A stretch of 60,292 bases of DNA, counting the filler, from Deltaproteobacteria bacterium (GTDB lineage: Bacteria > Myxococcota > JACRCW01), in NCBI GenBank assembly GCA_016218805.1. It is 4 parts of 4 records of this genome, joined end to end, with 100 filler letters (N's around TTAATTAATTAA, not from the genome) between each part and the next. Parts side by side here need not be neighbours in the genome. Positions count along the whole stretch, not along the records: positions 27,372 to 37,484 come from JACRCW010000029.1; positions 37,585 to 53,819 come from JACRCW010000034.1; 2 more parts are not named here. One strand, given 5' to 3'. Below are positions 28,545 through 37,843 of the stretch, piece by piece. The notes beneath the pieces were generated by a model. The model saw nothing but the letters and a program-made list of their open reading frames with translations, was not told where the DNA came from and searched no databases. The stretch's first letter is position 1; every line of letters begins with the position of its first letter. A program made the position numbers and the translations under genes.

Positions 28545-28895
28545 GGGCGAGACGACGAAGCCAGCCGGGTAGCTGGGGAGACCCCGTGGGTGGTCACCGT
28601 GACGCCGGCTGGTCGCGTCCGCGCCCGTGGCAGTGGCGCTGTGCCGCAGCCGCTGTTGACGCACCCGCCCATGCCGCGTGCGTGTGGTCTCCAAGGGGCG
28701 CGGCCGGGAACACCGGCGGTACTGGCTGACTGACGCGGCGGCGGCGTGGGTGAAGCGGCTGGCGCAGCTGACGTGAAGGCGCGTGGCGCCGTGGCGGAGC
28801 GGGTACACCGCCATCCGCGCCCCGCTACGACGGGGTCCGGGTCCTGGACCGCTGTTGCTAGGATGCGCGGCGGGGTTGGGGCCGGAGGCAGTACG

Positions 28896-29525
28896 GTGGG
28901 CCAGGACGCACGCAGCATTGCCGAGGCACTGGCGCTGGAAGGCGTGGAGGACCCCGCGGCGCTGGCCACCGCGCGGGCGGTGCTGGACGAGGAGAAGGTC
29001 ACCAACCCCGCGCGCGACCGGGTGGCCAACGCCAAGCAGGACCGCATCCGCGAAGTGCTCTCCCAGCGCTTCTTCCGCCACTGCAGCCAGGCGGTGTGCC
29101 TGGGGCGGGCGCAGCACAGCGGGCTCATGCCGTTGGTGGTGCGCAAGGACGCGTGCCAGGCGTGCGGGGGGTCCAACATCCGGCGCGCGGTGGAGGACAT
29201 GGTGCGCGCGTGCCACGCGGCGGGCATCCGGCGGGTCTGCGTGGTGGGCGGCAGCCCCGCGGTGCGCGAAGAACTGGTGGCCCGTGTGGGGGACGCGTTG
29301 AGCCTGACGCTGGTGGACGGGACACGCACGCCCAACGCGGCGCAGGCGCGGGCGCACGTGCGCGGTCATGACGTGGTGGTGCTGTGCGGGGCCAGTGAAC
29401 TGGATCACCGCCTGTCCAACACCTACAGCGCGTGGCGGCAGGAGGGGCGGTTCATCACGGTGGCGCGCCGCGGCGTGGAGGCCATCGCCGAGGAGCTGGC
29501 GCGGCACGCCTCCACGCGGGTCTGA
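28896..29525 (+). CDS. Cys4 Zn-binding + DUF2325-like domain protein
   Basis: GTG with GGAGG; CSQAVC...CQACGG, then VCVVGG...DVVVL...LDH. Confidence 0.6.
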   Translation: MGQDARSIAEALALEGVEDPAALATARAVLDEEKVTNPARDRVANAKQDRIREVLSQRFFRHCSQAVCLGRAQHSGLMPLVVRKDACQACGGSNIRRAVEDMVRACHAAGIRRVCVVGGSPAVREELVARVGDALSLTLVDGTRTPNAAQARAHVRGHDVVVLCGASELDHRLSNTYSAWRQEGRFITVARRGVEAIAEELARHASTRV

Positions 29526-29532
29526 GGGGCGT

Positions 29533-29793
29533 TCAGCGGCGCGGCGCGGAGCGGTGGAACACTTCGCCCACCAGCTTCTTCACCTCCGCGGCAATGGCGG
29601 GCTTGCCGTTGAGTTCAAACTCCCAGTTCACCCAGGCTTCGCAGCGCGCGGCGGTTTCCGCCTCACCGTAGCCCAGGCGCAGCAGGATGCCGGCGCGGTC
29701 GCGGATTTCGCGGCGCTGCATCTCCAGCGCGCTGGGCCCAAAGCTGGCAACGAAATCCTTGGGCAGGTGCGTCTCGTAGTAGGGAAACGGCAT
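29533..29793 (-). CDS. Small hypothetical protein divergent from polA
   Basis: GGAGG RBS; 86 aa MPFPYY...EIRDRAGILLRLGY...WEFE. Confidence 0.7.
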   Translation of the reverse strand: MPFPYYETHLPKDFVASFGPSALEMQRREIRDRAGILLRLGYGEAETAARCEAWVNWEFELNGKPAIAAEVKKLVGEVFHRSAPRR

Positions 29794-29875
29794 GGGTGGG
29801 TTCCTCCGTCGGGGCGCGCGGGAAGCTAGCGCCGCCGGGCGGGCGCCGTCCAACGGTGATAGAAGGCGCGGACCC

Positions 29876-32668
29876 ATGGAACCCCTCTTCCTCGTCGACG
29901 GGACCGGCTACGTCTTCCGCGCGTACCACGCCATCAAGCCCATGCGGAACGCGGCGGGCACGCCCATCAATGCGGTGCTGGGCTTCACGCGCATGCTCAT
30001 CAAGCTGGTGAGGGAGCACCACCCCGCGCGCATGGCGGTGGTCTTTGACGCGGGTGGCCCCACGTTCCGCAAGGAGATCTACGCGGACTACAAGGCCACG
30101 CGGCAGGCGCAACCGGAAGACCTGCGGCCGCAGCTCCCCCTGTGCCAGGACGCGGTGGATGCGCTGGGCCTGCGCCGCATCCAGGTGGCCGGCGTGGAGG
30201 CGGATGACGTGCTGGCCACGCTGGTCCGGCAGGAAGGCGCGGCCGGCGGCCAGGTGGTGATTGTCACCGGTGACAAGGACCTCATGCAGCTGGTGGGGCC
30301 GCACGTGAAGGTGCTGCGCTACAACGCCCGCACGGAGCTGGAGGAGTTTCTGGACGAGGAGGGTGTCAAGGCGTACTTCGGGGTGGGGCCGGCGCAGGTG
30401 CTGGAGGTGCTGGCGCTGATGGGGGACACCAGTGACAACGTGCCCGGCGTGGACGGAATAGGCGAAAAGACGGCCGCCGAGCTGATTGCCATGCACGGAA
30501 GCGTGGAGGGGGTGCTGGCGGCGGCGCCGCTGATGAAGCCGGGCAAGCGGCGGGACACGCTGCTGGCCCAGGCGGACCGCGCGCGGTTGAGCCGGCAGCT
30601 GTGTGCGTTGCGCGCGGACGTCCCGCTCCCGGAGGGCAGCACGGAGCTCGCGTTTCGCGGGTTTGACGTTCCTACCGCGCGCGCGTTCTTCAGCAAGTTG
30701 GGCTTCAAGGCGCTGCTGGCGGACGCCATGTTCGCCGCCCCGGCGGACGCTCCCGCGCCGCCGCCGGACGCCCAGGGGAACCTGTTTGCCCCCACCGCGC
30801 CCGCGCCCGCGCCGCCGCCGCCGCCTCCCGCCGCGCCGGTCGCGCCGGACCTGCTGGCGCTGGGGCTGCTGGACGGCGCGCACCACCGCACGGTGGCGGA
30901 CCTGGCGGGCCTGCCCGCCGTCCTGGAGCAGTGCCAGCGCGCGGGCCGCCTGGCGCTGCACGCGGTCCACAGCGAAGACGACGTGATGCGCGCGCGCCTG
31001 CTGGGCGTGGCGCTGGCCTGGGCGCCCGGGCACGCGGCGTTCCTGCCCATCCATGACGGCACCCGCCTGCTGGGCGGCGGGCTCCCGCTGGGGGAGGTGC
31101 GCGGACGGCTGGGCGCGCTGCTACAGCAGTCCCAGGTGGTGGGGCACGACGTGAAGGCCCACGTGAAGCTGTTGTGCCAGCACGGGCTGCCGGAGTTTGA
31201 GGCGGCGGGGGACAGCATGCTGGCCAGCTACGTGCTGGCCGTCAGCGACGTGCACGACCTGGCCAACGTGGTCCAGCGCCACCTGCACGCCAACCTGGCG
31301 CCGCTGCCGCCGGGGCCGCGCGGGCGCTCCCAGGCCGCGCTGGAGGACCTGTCCCCGGAAGCGCTGGCCCGCCACGCGTGCGAGCGCGCCGACGCCGCCC
31401 TGCGCGCCACCGCCGCACTGGAGCAGCAGCTGTCCGCCGAGGGCCTGCGGGCGCTGTACACGGACCTGGAGCTGCCGCTTTCCGGCGTGCTGGCGCGCAT
31501 GGAGATGGCGGGCGTGCTGGTGCGGGCGGACGTGCTGCGCTCGCTGCAGCAGGAACTCTCCGCCGAAGCACTGCGCCTGGAGACCGTCTGCCACCAGCTG
31601 GCCGGGGCCCCGTTCAACCTGGCCAGCCCCAAGCAGCTGGCGGAGGTGCTGTTCACCAAGCTGGGGCTGCCCGTGCAGCGCAAGACCAAGACCGGCCCGT
31701 CCACGGACATGGACGTGCTGGAGCAGCTCTCAGCGCTGCACCCGCTGCCGGCCAACGTGCTGGAGCACCGGCAGCTCACCAAGCTGGTGGGGACCTACCT
31801 GGACGCGCTGCCCGCGCTCATCCACCCGCGCACCGGCCGCATCCACACCACCTACCACCAGGCGGTGGCGGCCACCGGACGGCTCAGCTCGCAGGACCCC
31901 AACCTGCAGAACATCCCGGTGCGGGATGAGCGCGGCCGCCGCATCCGCAGCGCCTTTGTCGCCCCGCCGGGGCAGCGCCTGCTGTCCGCGGACTACTCGC
32001 AGATTGAGCTGCGCATCCTGGCGCACGTGTCCGGTGACCCGGTGCTGGCGGAGGCCTTTGCGCGCGGGGAGGACGTGCACGCGCGCACGGCGTCTGAGGT
32101 CCTGGGCATCCCGCTGGCGGATGTCACGCGTGACCAGCGGCGCGCGGCCAAGACCATCAACTTTGGGCTGCTGTACGGGATGAGCGCGTTTGGGCTGTCC
32201 CAGGCGCTGCGCATCAGCCGCGCGGAGGCCAAGGACTACCTGGAGAAGTACTTCTCACGGTTGGGCGCCATCCGCGTGTGGCAGGAGCAGACGCTGGCGG
32301 ACGCCCGCCGCACCGGTGAAGTGCGCACCCTGATGGGCCGCCGCCGCCGCCTCCCGGACATCAACGAGCGCAATGCCAACGTCCGCCAGGGCGCCGAACG
32401 CATGGCCACCAACACGCCCATCCAGGGCACGGCGGCAGACATCATCAAGACGGCCATGGTTCGGCTGGACCGCGCGCTGCGGGACGCGCGCCTCCCCGCG
32501 CGCATGATCCTCCAGGTCCATGACGAACTGGTCCTGGAGGCGGACGCCGCCTGCACCCCGGAGCTGACCGCCCTGGTGCGCCGAACCATGGAGGGCGCGG
32601 CGGGGCTGGAAACCCGGATGGTGGTGGACGTGGGTGAGGGAGCTGACTGGGGTGCTGCGCACGCGTGA
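29876..32668 (+). CDS. polA: DNA polymerase I
   Basis: 5'-3' exonuclease (LVDG..YVFRAYHA, EADD, GDKD, GDTSDNVPGV) and polymerase motifs TGRLSS.DPNLQNIP, DYSQIELR, AKTINFGLLYG, QVHDEL. Confidence 0.98.
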   Translation: MEPLFLVDGTGYVFRAYHAIKPMRNAAGTPINAVLGFTRMLIKLVREHHPARMAVVFDAGGPTFRKEIYADYKATRQAQPEDLRPQLPLCQDAVDALGLRRIQVAGVEADDVLATLVRQEGAAGGQVVIVTGDKDLMQLVGPHVKVLRYNARTELEEFLDEEGVKAYFGVGPAQVLEVLALMGDTSDNVPGVDGIGEKTAAELIAMHGSVEGVLAAAPLMKPGKRRDTLLAQADRARLSRQLCALRADVPLPEGSTELAFRGFDVPTARAFFSKLGFKALLADAMFAAPADAPAPPPDAQGNLFAPTAPAPAPPPPPPAAPVAPDLLALGLLDGAHHRTVADLAGLPAVLEQCQRAGRLALHAVHSEDDVMRARLLGVALAWAPGHAAFLPIHDGTRLLGGGLPLGEVRGRLGALLQQSQVVGHDVKAHVKLLCQHGLPEFEAAGDSMLASYVLAVSDVHDLANVVQRHLHANLAPLPPGPRGRSQAALEDLSPEALARHACERADAALRATAALEQQLSAEGLRALYTDLELPLSGVLARMEMAGVLVRADVLRSLQQELSAEALRLETVCHQLAGAPFNLASPKQLAEVLFTKLGLPVQRKTKTGPSTDMDVLEQLSALHPLPANVLEHRQLTKLVGTYLDALPALIHPRTGRIHTTYHQAVAATGRLSSQDPNLQNIPVRDERGRRIRSAFVAPPGQRLLSADYSQIELRILAHVSGDPVLAEAFARGEDVHARTASEVLGIPLADVTRDQRRAAKTINFGLLYGMSAFGLSQALRISRAEAKDYLEKYFSRLGAIRVWQEQTLADARRTGEVRTLMGRRRRLPDINERNANVRQGAERMATNTPIQGTAADIIKTAMVRLDRALRDARLPARMILQVHDELVLEADAACTPELTALVRRTMEGAAGLETRMVVDVGEGADWGAAHA

Positions 32669-32675
32669 GCGTGCC

Positions 32676-34304
32676 TCAGATGCACTCGCCGGTGGACGTG
32701 TTGCAGGTGGAGCCGGTGGCACAGTCCGCGTCAGACAGGCAGCTGGTGAAGCACACGCCACCCGTCCCGCCGGACAGGCCCAGGCACACGTAGCCGGAGC
32801 GGCAGTCCGCCGTGACGCCGGGCGAGCAGTTGTCCAGACACACAATGATGTCCTGCCCCTGCGAGTTGGGGCCCAGGTTCACGCACGTACCATTGGCGCC
32901 GCAGTCCGTGGAGTCATTGCAGCCGGCGGTGCAGTAGCCGCCCGGCCAGTAGCCGGCCGGGTCCGGCGTCACGCAGTAGGACGCGCCCACCGTGCTCACC
33001 TGGGCGCAGGAGGTATCCGCCGCGCACGCATCACCCACGGCACCGGCGCCACCGCTGGAGGACGTGCCTCCGGAGCTGGTTCCGCCCGACGAAGACGTGC
33101 CACCCCCGCGCGGGCCGCAGTCCGTGCAGTCCGTTCCCAGCGTGCACACCGAGTAGCTGCTGCCGGCGCCGCCGTCGTCGCACGCGCCGTCTGCAGCCCA
33201 CTGGCAGGTGTCCGTGCAGCCGCCGCTGCTGGTGCCGCCGGAACTGGTGGTGCCGCCAGAACTGGTGGTCCCGCCAGAACTGGTTGAACCGCCCGCGGCA
33301 CAGTCGCACGCGGCAAAGTCAATCCCGTCCGGGCAGAGGATCATCAGGAACAGCAGCATGGTCATGTCACAGCCGGTACCCGCGCCGCCCGATGACGACG
33401 TGCCGCCGCCCGGGGGCTGGCACATGCACGTGGTGTAGTCCACCTGGCCGCCCTGGGATTCGCAGCTGGTGATCTCATCCGGCGTGGGGTTGCAGGTGCC
33501 GCCGCCGCTGGAGGAGGTGCTGGTGCCGCCGCCCGAGCACGTGCACGTGGAGGGGTTCCACGTCCCGCCGCCCTGGATGCACTGGTTGCGCTGCGTGGTG
33601 CTGCAGGTGGTCCCGCCGGTGGAGGACGAAGAGCTGGTGGTCCCGGACGTGCCGGACGTGCCAGAGGTGCCGCCGGTGGAGCTGGTGCTGGAGGACGACG
33701 GGCTCTCGCAGAAGCAGGTGGCGCTGTTCCACTGGCGGCCCGCGTTCACGCAGGTGGTGCGCTGCTGGTCCTCATTGGTGCAGATGCTGGAGGTCTGGCA
33801 GCGGCCGTTGGTGGTGCAGGTGCCGCCCGCCGGACAGTCCGCGGGGGACTGGCACTCCACGCAGCGGCCCACGCTGTTGGCCGCGGCGGTGCAGATGCTG
33901 GTGGGCGCGGTGCACTGCGTCTGCAGCTTGCAGAAGCCCGGTGCCAGCGGACCGCACGTCAGCGTGGCGGTGTTGCAGAACTGGTCGTCCGGGCACTGCG
34001 CGCTGGAGCTGCACTGCGCCCCACCCGTACCGCGCGTCACGCAATGGTTGGACGCCGTGTCACACTGCTCGGTGATGGGGCACTGGTCATCCGTGGTGCA
34101 CGCCGCGCCGGACCCGCTGCCGCCGCTGCTGGTGCCGCCGCTGCGCGCCACGCATTCGCCGTCAACGCACAGGCTGCCCGCGGTGCAATCCGCGTCCGCC
34201 GTGCAGCCGGACGTTGCGCCGCCGGCACAACCGGTGACCGACCCTATTCCCAGCACACCCACCGTGCCCAGGCTTGCCAACCACAAAAGCGCGTGACGGG
34301 ACAT
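32676..34304 (-). CDS. Large Cys-rich secreted protein/lipoprotein with Ser/Gly/Thr linkers
   Basis: Signal ending VTGC; many CxxDxxC modules; TSSGG low-complexity repeats. Confidence 0.8.
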   Translation of the reverse strand: MSRHALLWLASLGTVGVLGIGSVTGCAGGATSGCTADADCTAGSLCVDGECVARSGGTSSGGSGSGAACTTDDQCPITEQCDTASNHCVTRGTGGAQCSSSAQCPDDQFCNTATLTCGPLAPGFCKLQTQCTAPTSICTAAANSVGRCVECQSPADCPAGGTCTTNGRCQTSSICTNEDQQRTTCVNAGRQWNSATCFCESPSSSSTSSTGGTSGTSGTSGTTSSSSSTGGTTCSTTQRNQCIQGGGTWNPSTCTCSGGGTSTSSSGGGTCNPTPDEITSCESQGGQVDYTTCMCQPPGGGTSSSGGAGTGCDMTMLLFLMILCPDGIDFAACDCAAGGSTSSGGTTSSGGTTSSGGTSSGGCTDTCQWAADGACDDGGAGSSYSVCTLGTDCTDCGPRGGGTSSSGGTSSGGTSSSGGAGAVGDACAADTSCAQVSTVGASYCVTPDPAGYWPGGYCTAGCNDSTDCGANGTCVNLGPNSQGQDIIVCLDNCSPGVTADCRSGYVCLGLSGGTGGVCFTSCLSDADCATGSTCNTSTGECI

Positions 34305-34527
34305 GAACACTCCTGCAGCCGCGATCACCTCAGGGAAGAACGCGGGGACGGCCAAGCGTCCGTTTCCCCGCGCCAAAGGTCAAAGGCGAACCCATCCGCC
34401 AACTGACCGATGGACGCGCTTCCGCATCCCTGCCCGCACCTCGGGCCTGTCGGACCGTTATCGGCCGTTGTGCCTGGGAGTGTCGCGTCCGCCCGTCGGT
34501 GGCGCAGGCAGATCACGCCGGGGTGCG

Positions 34528-35943
34528 TCAGCCTTCCGGCGCCAGATTCTCAAACCGCGTCAGGTGAGGCAGGAACGCCAGCTCCACCATGCCCGTGGGC
34601 CCGTTGCGCTGCTTGGCCACAATGATCTCGGCCGTGCCCTTCTTGGGGCTGTCCTTGTTGTAGTACTCGTCACGGTACAGGAACATGATGACGTCAGCGT
34701 CCTGCTCAATGGCGCCGGACTCCCGCAGGTCACTCATCATGGGCCGCTTGTCCGTGCGGCTCTCCAGGCTGCGGTTGAGCTGGCTGAGCGCCACCACCGG
34801 CACTTCCAGTTCGCGCGCAATGGCCTTGAGCCCGCGCGAAATGTCACTGATCTCCTGCGCGCGGCTCTCCACCTTCCCCACGCCGGACATCAGCTGCAGG
34901 TAGTCAATGATCACCAGACCCAGGCCGTGTTCGCGTTTGAGGCGCCGGCACTTGGTCCGCACGTCAAAGACGTTGAGCACGCCGCTGTCATCAATGAACA
35001 GCGGCGCCTCGGAGATCCGCCCGGCGGCGTGGGACAGCGTGGCCCAGTCCGGCGGGGCCAGCCGGCCGTTGCGCAGCTTGGACAGATCCACGCGCGCCTC
35101 GGCGCCCAGCAGGCGCATGGCCAGCTGTTCGCTGCTCATTTCCAGGCTGAACACCACGGTGGGCATGCGCTTGTCCGCGGCGGGGCGGATGGACGCGCCC
35201 GCCGCTACGTTCAGCGTGAACGCCGTCTTCCCCATGGAGGGACGGCCCGCCACAATGACCAGGTCGGACGGCTGCAGGCCGGCCAGCATGTGGTCCAGCT
35301 GGACAAAGCCCGTGGGCACGCCGGTGATCGCTTCACCGCGGTTGGCGGCGGCCTCCAGCTTCTGGAACGCGCCCTTGAGGACCTCCTTGATGGGCTCGTA
35401 GCCATGGCGCTTGCGGTCCTCGCTGACCTCAAAGATCGCCTTCTCCGCCAGGTCCACGTATTCGCGGACGTCCACCTCCTGGCGCATGCCCTGCTCCACA
35501 ATCCCCGTGGCCGCGGCAATCATCCGCCGCAACACCGCTTTCTCGTGGACAATGCGCGCGTAGGCGCGCACGTGCGCGCTGGTGGGCGTGGACTGCGCCA
35601 GCTCGGACAGCGCGGTCAGCCCGCCCACGCGGTCCAGGTTGCCGCCACGGCGCAGCTCGTCGGAGACGGTGAGCTCGTCCACCGGTTCCCCGCGCTCCTG
35701 CAGGGACAGCATGGACTCAAACACCTGCCGGTGCGCTTCGCGGTAGAAGTCCTGCGGCTCCAGGTGCTCCTGCGCGTGGTCAATGGCCTGGTTGTCAATG
35801 AGGATGCCGCCCAGCACGCTGCGCTCCGCATCCAGCGAATGCGGCGGCGTGCGCAGCCGCCGCACCTGGCGGTCCACGTCCGCGGGGGGCTCCGGCGGGC
35901 TTGGCACCAGGGCCTGCGGGGCGGTCTCAGGCGTGTCAGACAT
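34528..35943 (-). CDS. dnaB: Replicative DNA helicase
   Basis: PPHSLDAERSVLG, GRPSMGKT, FSLEMS, IIDYLQL, LSQLNR, DLRESGAIEQDAD, KQRNGPTG; no intein seen. Confidence 0.98.
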   Translation of the reverse strand: MSDTPETAPQALVPSPPEPPADVDRQVRRLRTPPHSLDAERSVLGGILIDNQAIDHAQEHLEPQDFYREAHRQVFESMLSLQERGEPVDELTVSDELRRGGNLDRVGGLTALSELAQSTPTSAHVRAYARIVHEKAVLRRMIAAATGIVEQGMRQEVDVREYVDLAEKAIFEVSEDRKRHGYEPIKEVLKGAFQKLEAAANRGEAITGVPTGFVQLDHMLAGLQPSDLVIVAGRPSMGKTAFTLNVAAGASIRPAADKRMPTVVFSLEMSSEQLAMRLLGAEARVDLSKLRNGRLAPPDWATLSHAAGRISEAPLFIDDSGVLNVFDVRTKCRRLKREHGLGLVIIDYLQLMSGVGKVESRAQEISDISRGLKAIARELEVPVVALSQLNRSLESRTDKRPMMSDLRESGAIEQDADVIMFLYRDEYYNKDSPKKGTAEIIVAKQRNGPTGMVELAFLPHLTRFENLAPEG

Positions 35944-35978
35944 GGCCGGTTGCCTCTAGGCGGGCCGCTGGCGGGAAT

Positions 35979-36578
35979 CTAGCCCCGGAGCACGCCGTGC
36001 TTGCGCAGCGCGCGCTCCAGCTCCGCCAGCGTCTCCACCGCCTCCACCACAATCCCCAGCGCCCGCGCGCCGTCGCGGTTCTCCGGCCGGTCGTCCACAA
36101 ACAGCACCTCGGCCGCGGAGGCGCCCAGCGCCGCCAGGCCGCGTTCGTAGTAGCTGCGCGTGGGCTTGCGGGCCCGCGCCTGGTGGCTCAGGTGCAGGTG
36201 CACCGCGGAGGCCATGCAGGACAGCGACCGCGCCAGGTGGTCCGCGTGGATGGGGTCCGTGTTGGACCAGATGGCGTGCGGCAGCGCCAGCCGCGCCACC
36301 AGCGCGTCCGCGCCGGCGCGCGCCGTGGGAATCAGGTTCCAGGCCTCGTCAAACACGTCATCCGGCACCGGCCGCCCCAGCCGCGTGAGCACGGCGCCGC
36401 GGAACCCGCCGGCATCCAGGGCGCCCACTTCCAGTTCGCGCCACGCGTCCTCGTCAAAGGCGCGCACCGCATCGTCAAACGAGACGCCGGCGGCCAGCGC
36501 CAGCGCGCGCGGGAACGCTTGGCGGTCCAGGTCACACAGCACGTTGCCCAGGTCCAGGGCCACAAAACGCAGCGCCAT
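35979..36578 (-). CDS. HAD-superfamily phosphatase (YihX-like)
   Basis: DLGNV motif I, SNT, RKP, FVDDRPEN. Confidence 0.9.
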   Translation of the reverse strand: MALRFVALDLGNVLCDLDRQAFPRALALAAGVSFDDAVRAFDEDAWRELEVGALDAGGFRGAVLTRLGRPVPDDVFDEAWNLIPTARAGADALVARLALPHAIWSNTDPIHADHLARSLSCMASAVHLHLSHQARARKPTRSYYERGLAALGASAAEVLFVDDRPENRDGARALGIVVEAVETLAELERALRKHGVLRG

Positions 36579-36583
36579 CTGTT

Positions 36584-37225
36584 TCAGTTGACGGTGAGCA
36601 CGCCCAGCTTGAGGCGGTTCTGCCCGTCGGTGGGGACGTTCTCGGCGGCGGTGAGCGGCAGGCGGTCATCCTCGTGCGCGGGGTCATAGAAGCCCATCCA
36701 GATGTCGTACGGGCCTTTCTGCGCATCCAGCGGCACCCACAGCGTGTAGCGGTCCGCCACGATGTCACCCTTGCGCCAGCGGTCCGTGCTGTACGACGTG
36801 GGCGGGAAGTGGTCCCCGTGGATCCGGTAGCGCCCGCCCTGCGAATCCACGTGCAGGAACACCTTCCAGTTCTCCTGCATCTCGCCATCGCACCGGTAGT
36901 AGAAGGTCAGGTTCACCCGGGTGCCCACGCCGGCCACCGTCTCCGCCACGTCCACGCCCAGCACCGTGATCTTCCCGCCAAAGTTCCCGTTGGCGGGCAG
37001 CTTGGGCGTGGGGGTCTGCTTCATCAGCACCTCCCCTTCCAGCCGGGCGCGGTCAATGGTGGTGCGCGTGGTGGCCACGGACGTGGGCCGCGGCAGCGCA
37101 AAGATCCCAACCGCATAGGCAATGGCCGGCAGCACCAGCATCACCGCAACCAGCGTGGGCAGGGAGGCGGGCGCAACGCCCGGTGGGGAGGGGGTCATGG
37201 CCTGAGGAGTCTGCGTGTCCGCCAC
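36584..37225 (-). CDS. Single-TM protein with periplasmic Ig-like beta domain
   Basis: TM helix, then FGGKITVLG...WKVFLHVD...GDHFP...WRKGDIVAD...GFY; start uncertain. Confidence 0.7.
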   Translation of the reverse strand: MADTQTPQAMTPSPPGVAPASLPTLVAVMLVLPAIAYAVGIFALPRPTSVATTRTTIDRARLEGEVLMKQTPTPKLPANGNFGGKITVLGVDVAETVAGVGTRVNLTFYYRCDGEMQENWKVFLHVDSQGGRYRIHGDHFPPTSYSTDRWRKGDIVADRYTLWVPLDAQKGPYDIWMGFYDPAHEDDRLPLTAAENVPTDGQNRLKLGVLTVN

Positions 37226-37370
37226 GGGTGCACCTGGTTCCGGATGCGGGGGAGGCCCGTATACCAGAACTTGGCGCGCCGGCATCCACCGCGCGGGCCG
37301 TGGGGTGTGATCGCCCATGGTTGTGGTCCCTGGGGGTGGGGCCGCCACAGGATCCCAAAGAGCCGTTGTG

Positions 37371-37458
37371 GTGTGGCACAGCCGCCCCGGCTGTGCCGGT
37401 GCATGGCGACGTCACGGATGTCCCGCTGGCGTCCCGGCCGGGGGCGGCCGGGCCACAC
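37371..37458. repeat. Inverted pair of REP-like palindromes
   Basis: GTGTGGCACAGCCGCCCCGGCTGTGCC (37371-37397) and an imperfect inverted copy CCCGGCCGGGGGCGGCCGGGCCACAC (37433-37458); each forms its own hairpin. Confidence 0.6.
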
Positions 37459-37484
37459 CGCGCTGGCGTGCTACCTGGCCGCAG

Positions 37485-37584
37485 NNNNNNNNNNNNNNNN
37501 NNNNNNNNNNNNNNNNNNNNNNNNNNNNTTAATTAATTAANNNNNNNNNNNNNNNNNNNNNNNNNNNNNNNNNNNNNNNNNNNN
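37485..37584. other. Artificial contig linker
   Basis: N-run + TTAATTAATTAA + N-run. Confidence 0.98.
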
Positions 37585-37657
37585 CGCGCAGCACGTCCGC
37601 TGCCCGGTCAGGCTGACCAAAGGTCCACTTGAACAGCGCGTCATGCAGGTTGGCCAT
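37585..37657 (-). CDS. Rpn/YhgA-like (Transposase_31) nuclease, N-terminal fragment cut by contig end
   Basis: Manual translation MANLHDALFKWTFGQPDRAADVLR carries the HDALFK signature. Confidence 0.75.
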
Positions 37658-37843
37658 TCAGGCACGCGACCATGGGCTGTTCGCCAGCGTCAACGCCCTG
37701 GTGGCGGGGCTCGATGCTCCCAAGGCTCAAGGGCGCTGGTGATCGAATACTGCGAGGGCCGGGTTTTCGTCGTCGGGGGCACAATGAGTTTGACCTGCTG
37801 GTCTCCGCGGAACTCCACACGCCTGCACCGTGAGGGCGTGCGG

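Noticed and set aside
34458..34465. Sigma28-like -10 (GCCGATAA, minus strand) upstream of the Cys-rich gene
   Set aside because: No matching -35, and one such 8-mer is plausible by chance in this window.
34528..35943. Intein or prophage origin of dnaB
   Set aside because: Normal length, contiguous motifs and housekeeping neighbours.
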